From the NCBI GenBank assembly GCA_963737265.1, contig CAVTRY010000017.1:1-64000 (forward strand): DNA of 64,000 nt, in the 5' to 3' direction. The DNA is from an uncultured delta proteobacterium. GTDB taxonomy: Bacteria; Myxococcota_A; Polyangia; Fen-1088. The position numbers and the translations under genes are program-made. Positions 63,521-64,000 of the stretch are shown one piece after another; the first letter of the stretch is position 1; every line of letters starts with the position of its first letter. Under the pieces are notes generated by a model. It was given only the letters and a program-made list of their open reading frames with translations. It was not told the DNA's origin and did not search any database.

Positions 63521-64000
63521 CCGTGGCGCTCGCGATGGACAGGCTGAAAAGGCGACGTGCGTTCGCCGTGGTCGCCTCGGCAGCGAGACTCGCAGGAATT
63601 CCTCGGACGTGTGCGAGGGTTTCGAGGGTGCTGACCACGAAGGCCGGTTCGTTGCGGCGGCCGCGATGGGGGACCGGCGCCAGATAGGGAGCGTCAGTTT
63701 CGACCAGGATGCGATCGAGAGGTGCATAGGCTGCCGCCGCCCGCAGGTCGTCCGATTTCTTGAATGTGAGCACGCCTGAAAAGGAGAGATACAGCCCCAG
63801 ATCGAGGTAGCGCTTGGCGTCATTGACGTTTCCGGAAAAACAATGGATGACGCCGCCAGCGTCGGGGATCGCGCCGGCGCCGAGGATGCCGATCGCGTCC
63901 TCATGGGCATCGCGCACGTGGCAGATCACGGGGCGCCCAACCGACGTCGAGAGCGCCAGGAAGCGCTGAAAAACCTCGCGCTGAACCTGGCGCGGCGAGT
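63507..64000 (-). CDS. tatD: TatD family DNase (5' part outside window)
   Basis: ICHVRDAHED, IHCFSG, LVETDAPYLAPVPHRGRRNEP. Confidence 0.92.
   Translation of the reverse strand, partial: SPRQVQREVFQRFLALSTSVGRPVICHVRDAHEDAIGILGAGAIPDAGGVIHCFSGNVNDAKRYLDLGLYLSFSGVLTFKKSDDLRAAAAYAPLDRILVETDAPYLAPVPHRGRRNEPAFVVSTLETLAHVRGIPASLAAEATTANARRLFSLSIASATGVPP

Overview
The window is a mosaic. 1-~8.1 kb looks Acidobacteria-like: three TonB/Oar-type outer-membrane receptor genes and a frameshifted amidohydrolase. It joins abruptly at ~8109 and ~8890 to an ABC/HlyD fragment and then to GC-rich, Myxococcota-like DNA. That part carries 5'-truncated valS, an RND pump, dtd with tRNA-Arg(CCT) ending 2 nt before its start codon, and an integrase remnant. 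Next is a ~27 kb aryl-polyene/flexirubin-like type II fatty-acid/polyketide cluster (18.4-45.8 kb). The cluster contains an unusual ACP-radical SAM-radical SAM-FabF module, a fused KS-CLF, an aromatic ammonia-lyase and a DAK2-DegV fusion, and is interrupted by a 1.8 kb direct duplication around a 5 kb chimeric insert. The rest holds argJ, gcvTHP, a TPR protein, murJ, rex, a complete IS21, a TIGR02266 gene and tatD. The most novel signals are: (1) two tandem ~580 bp elements with terminal inverted repeats and a 9-bp target duplication whose only gene is a GxxExxY (PD-(D/E)XK) nuclease; (2) the radical SAM pair inside the lipid cluster; (3) a 153-bp hairpin-rich MITE inserted in-frame into a gene. 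Clustered indels and gene-fragment junctions suggest some assembly or read artefacts. Taxonomic and family calls are by motif recognition only.
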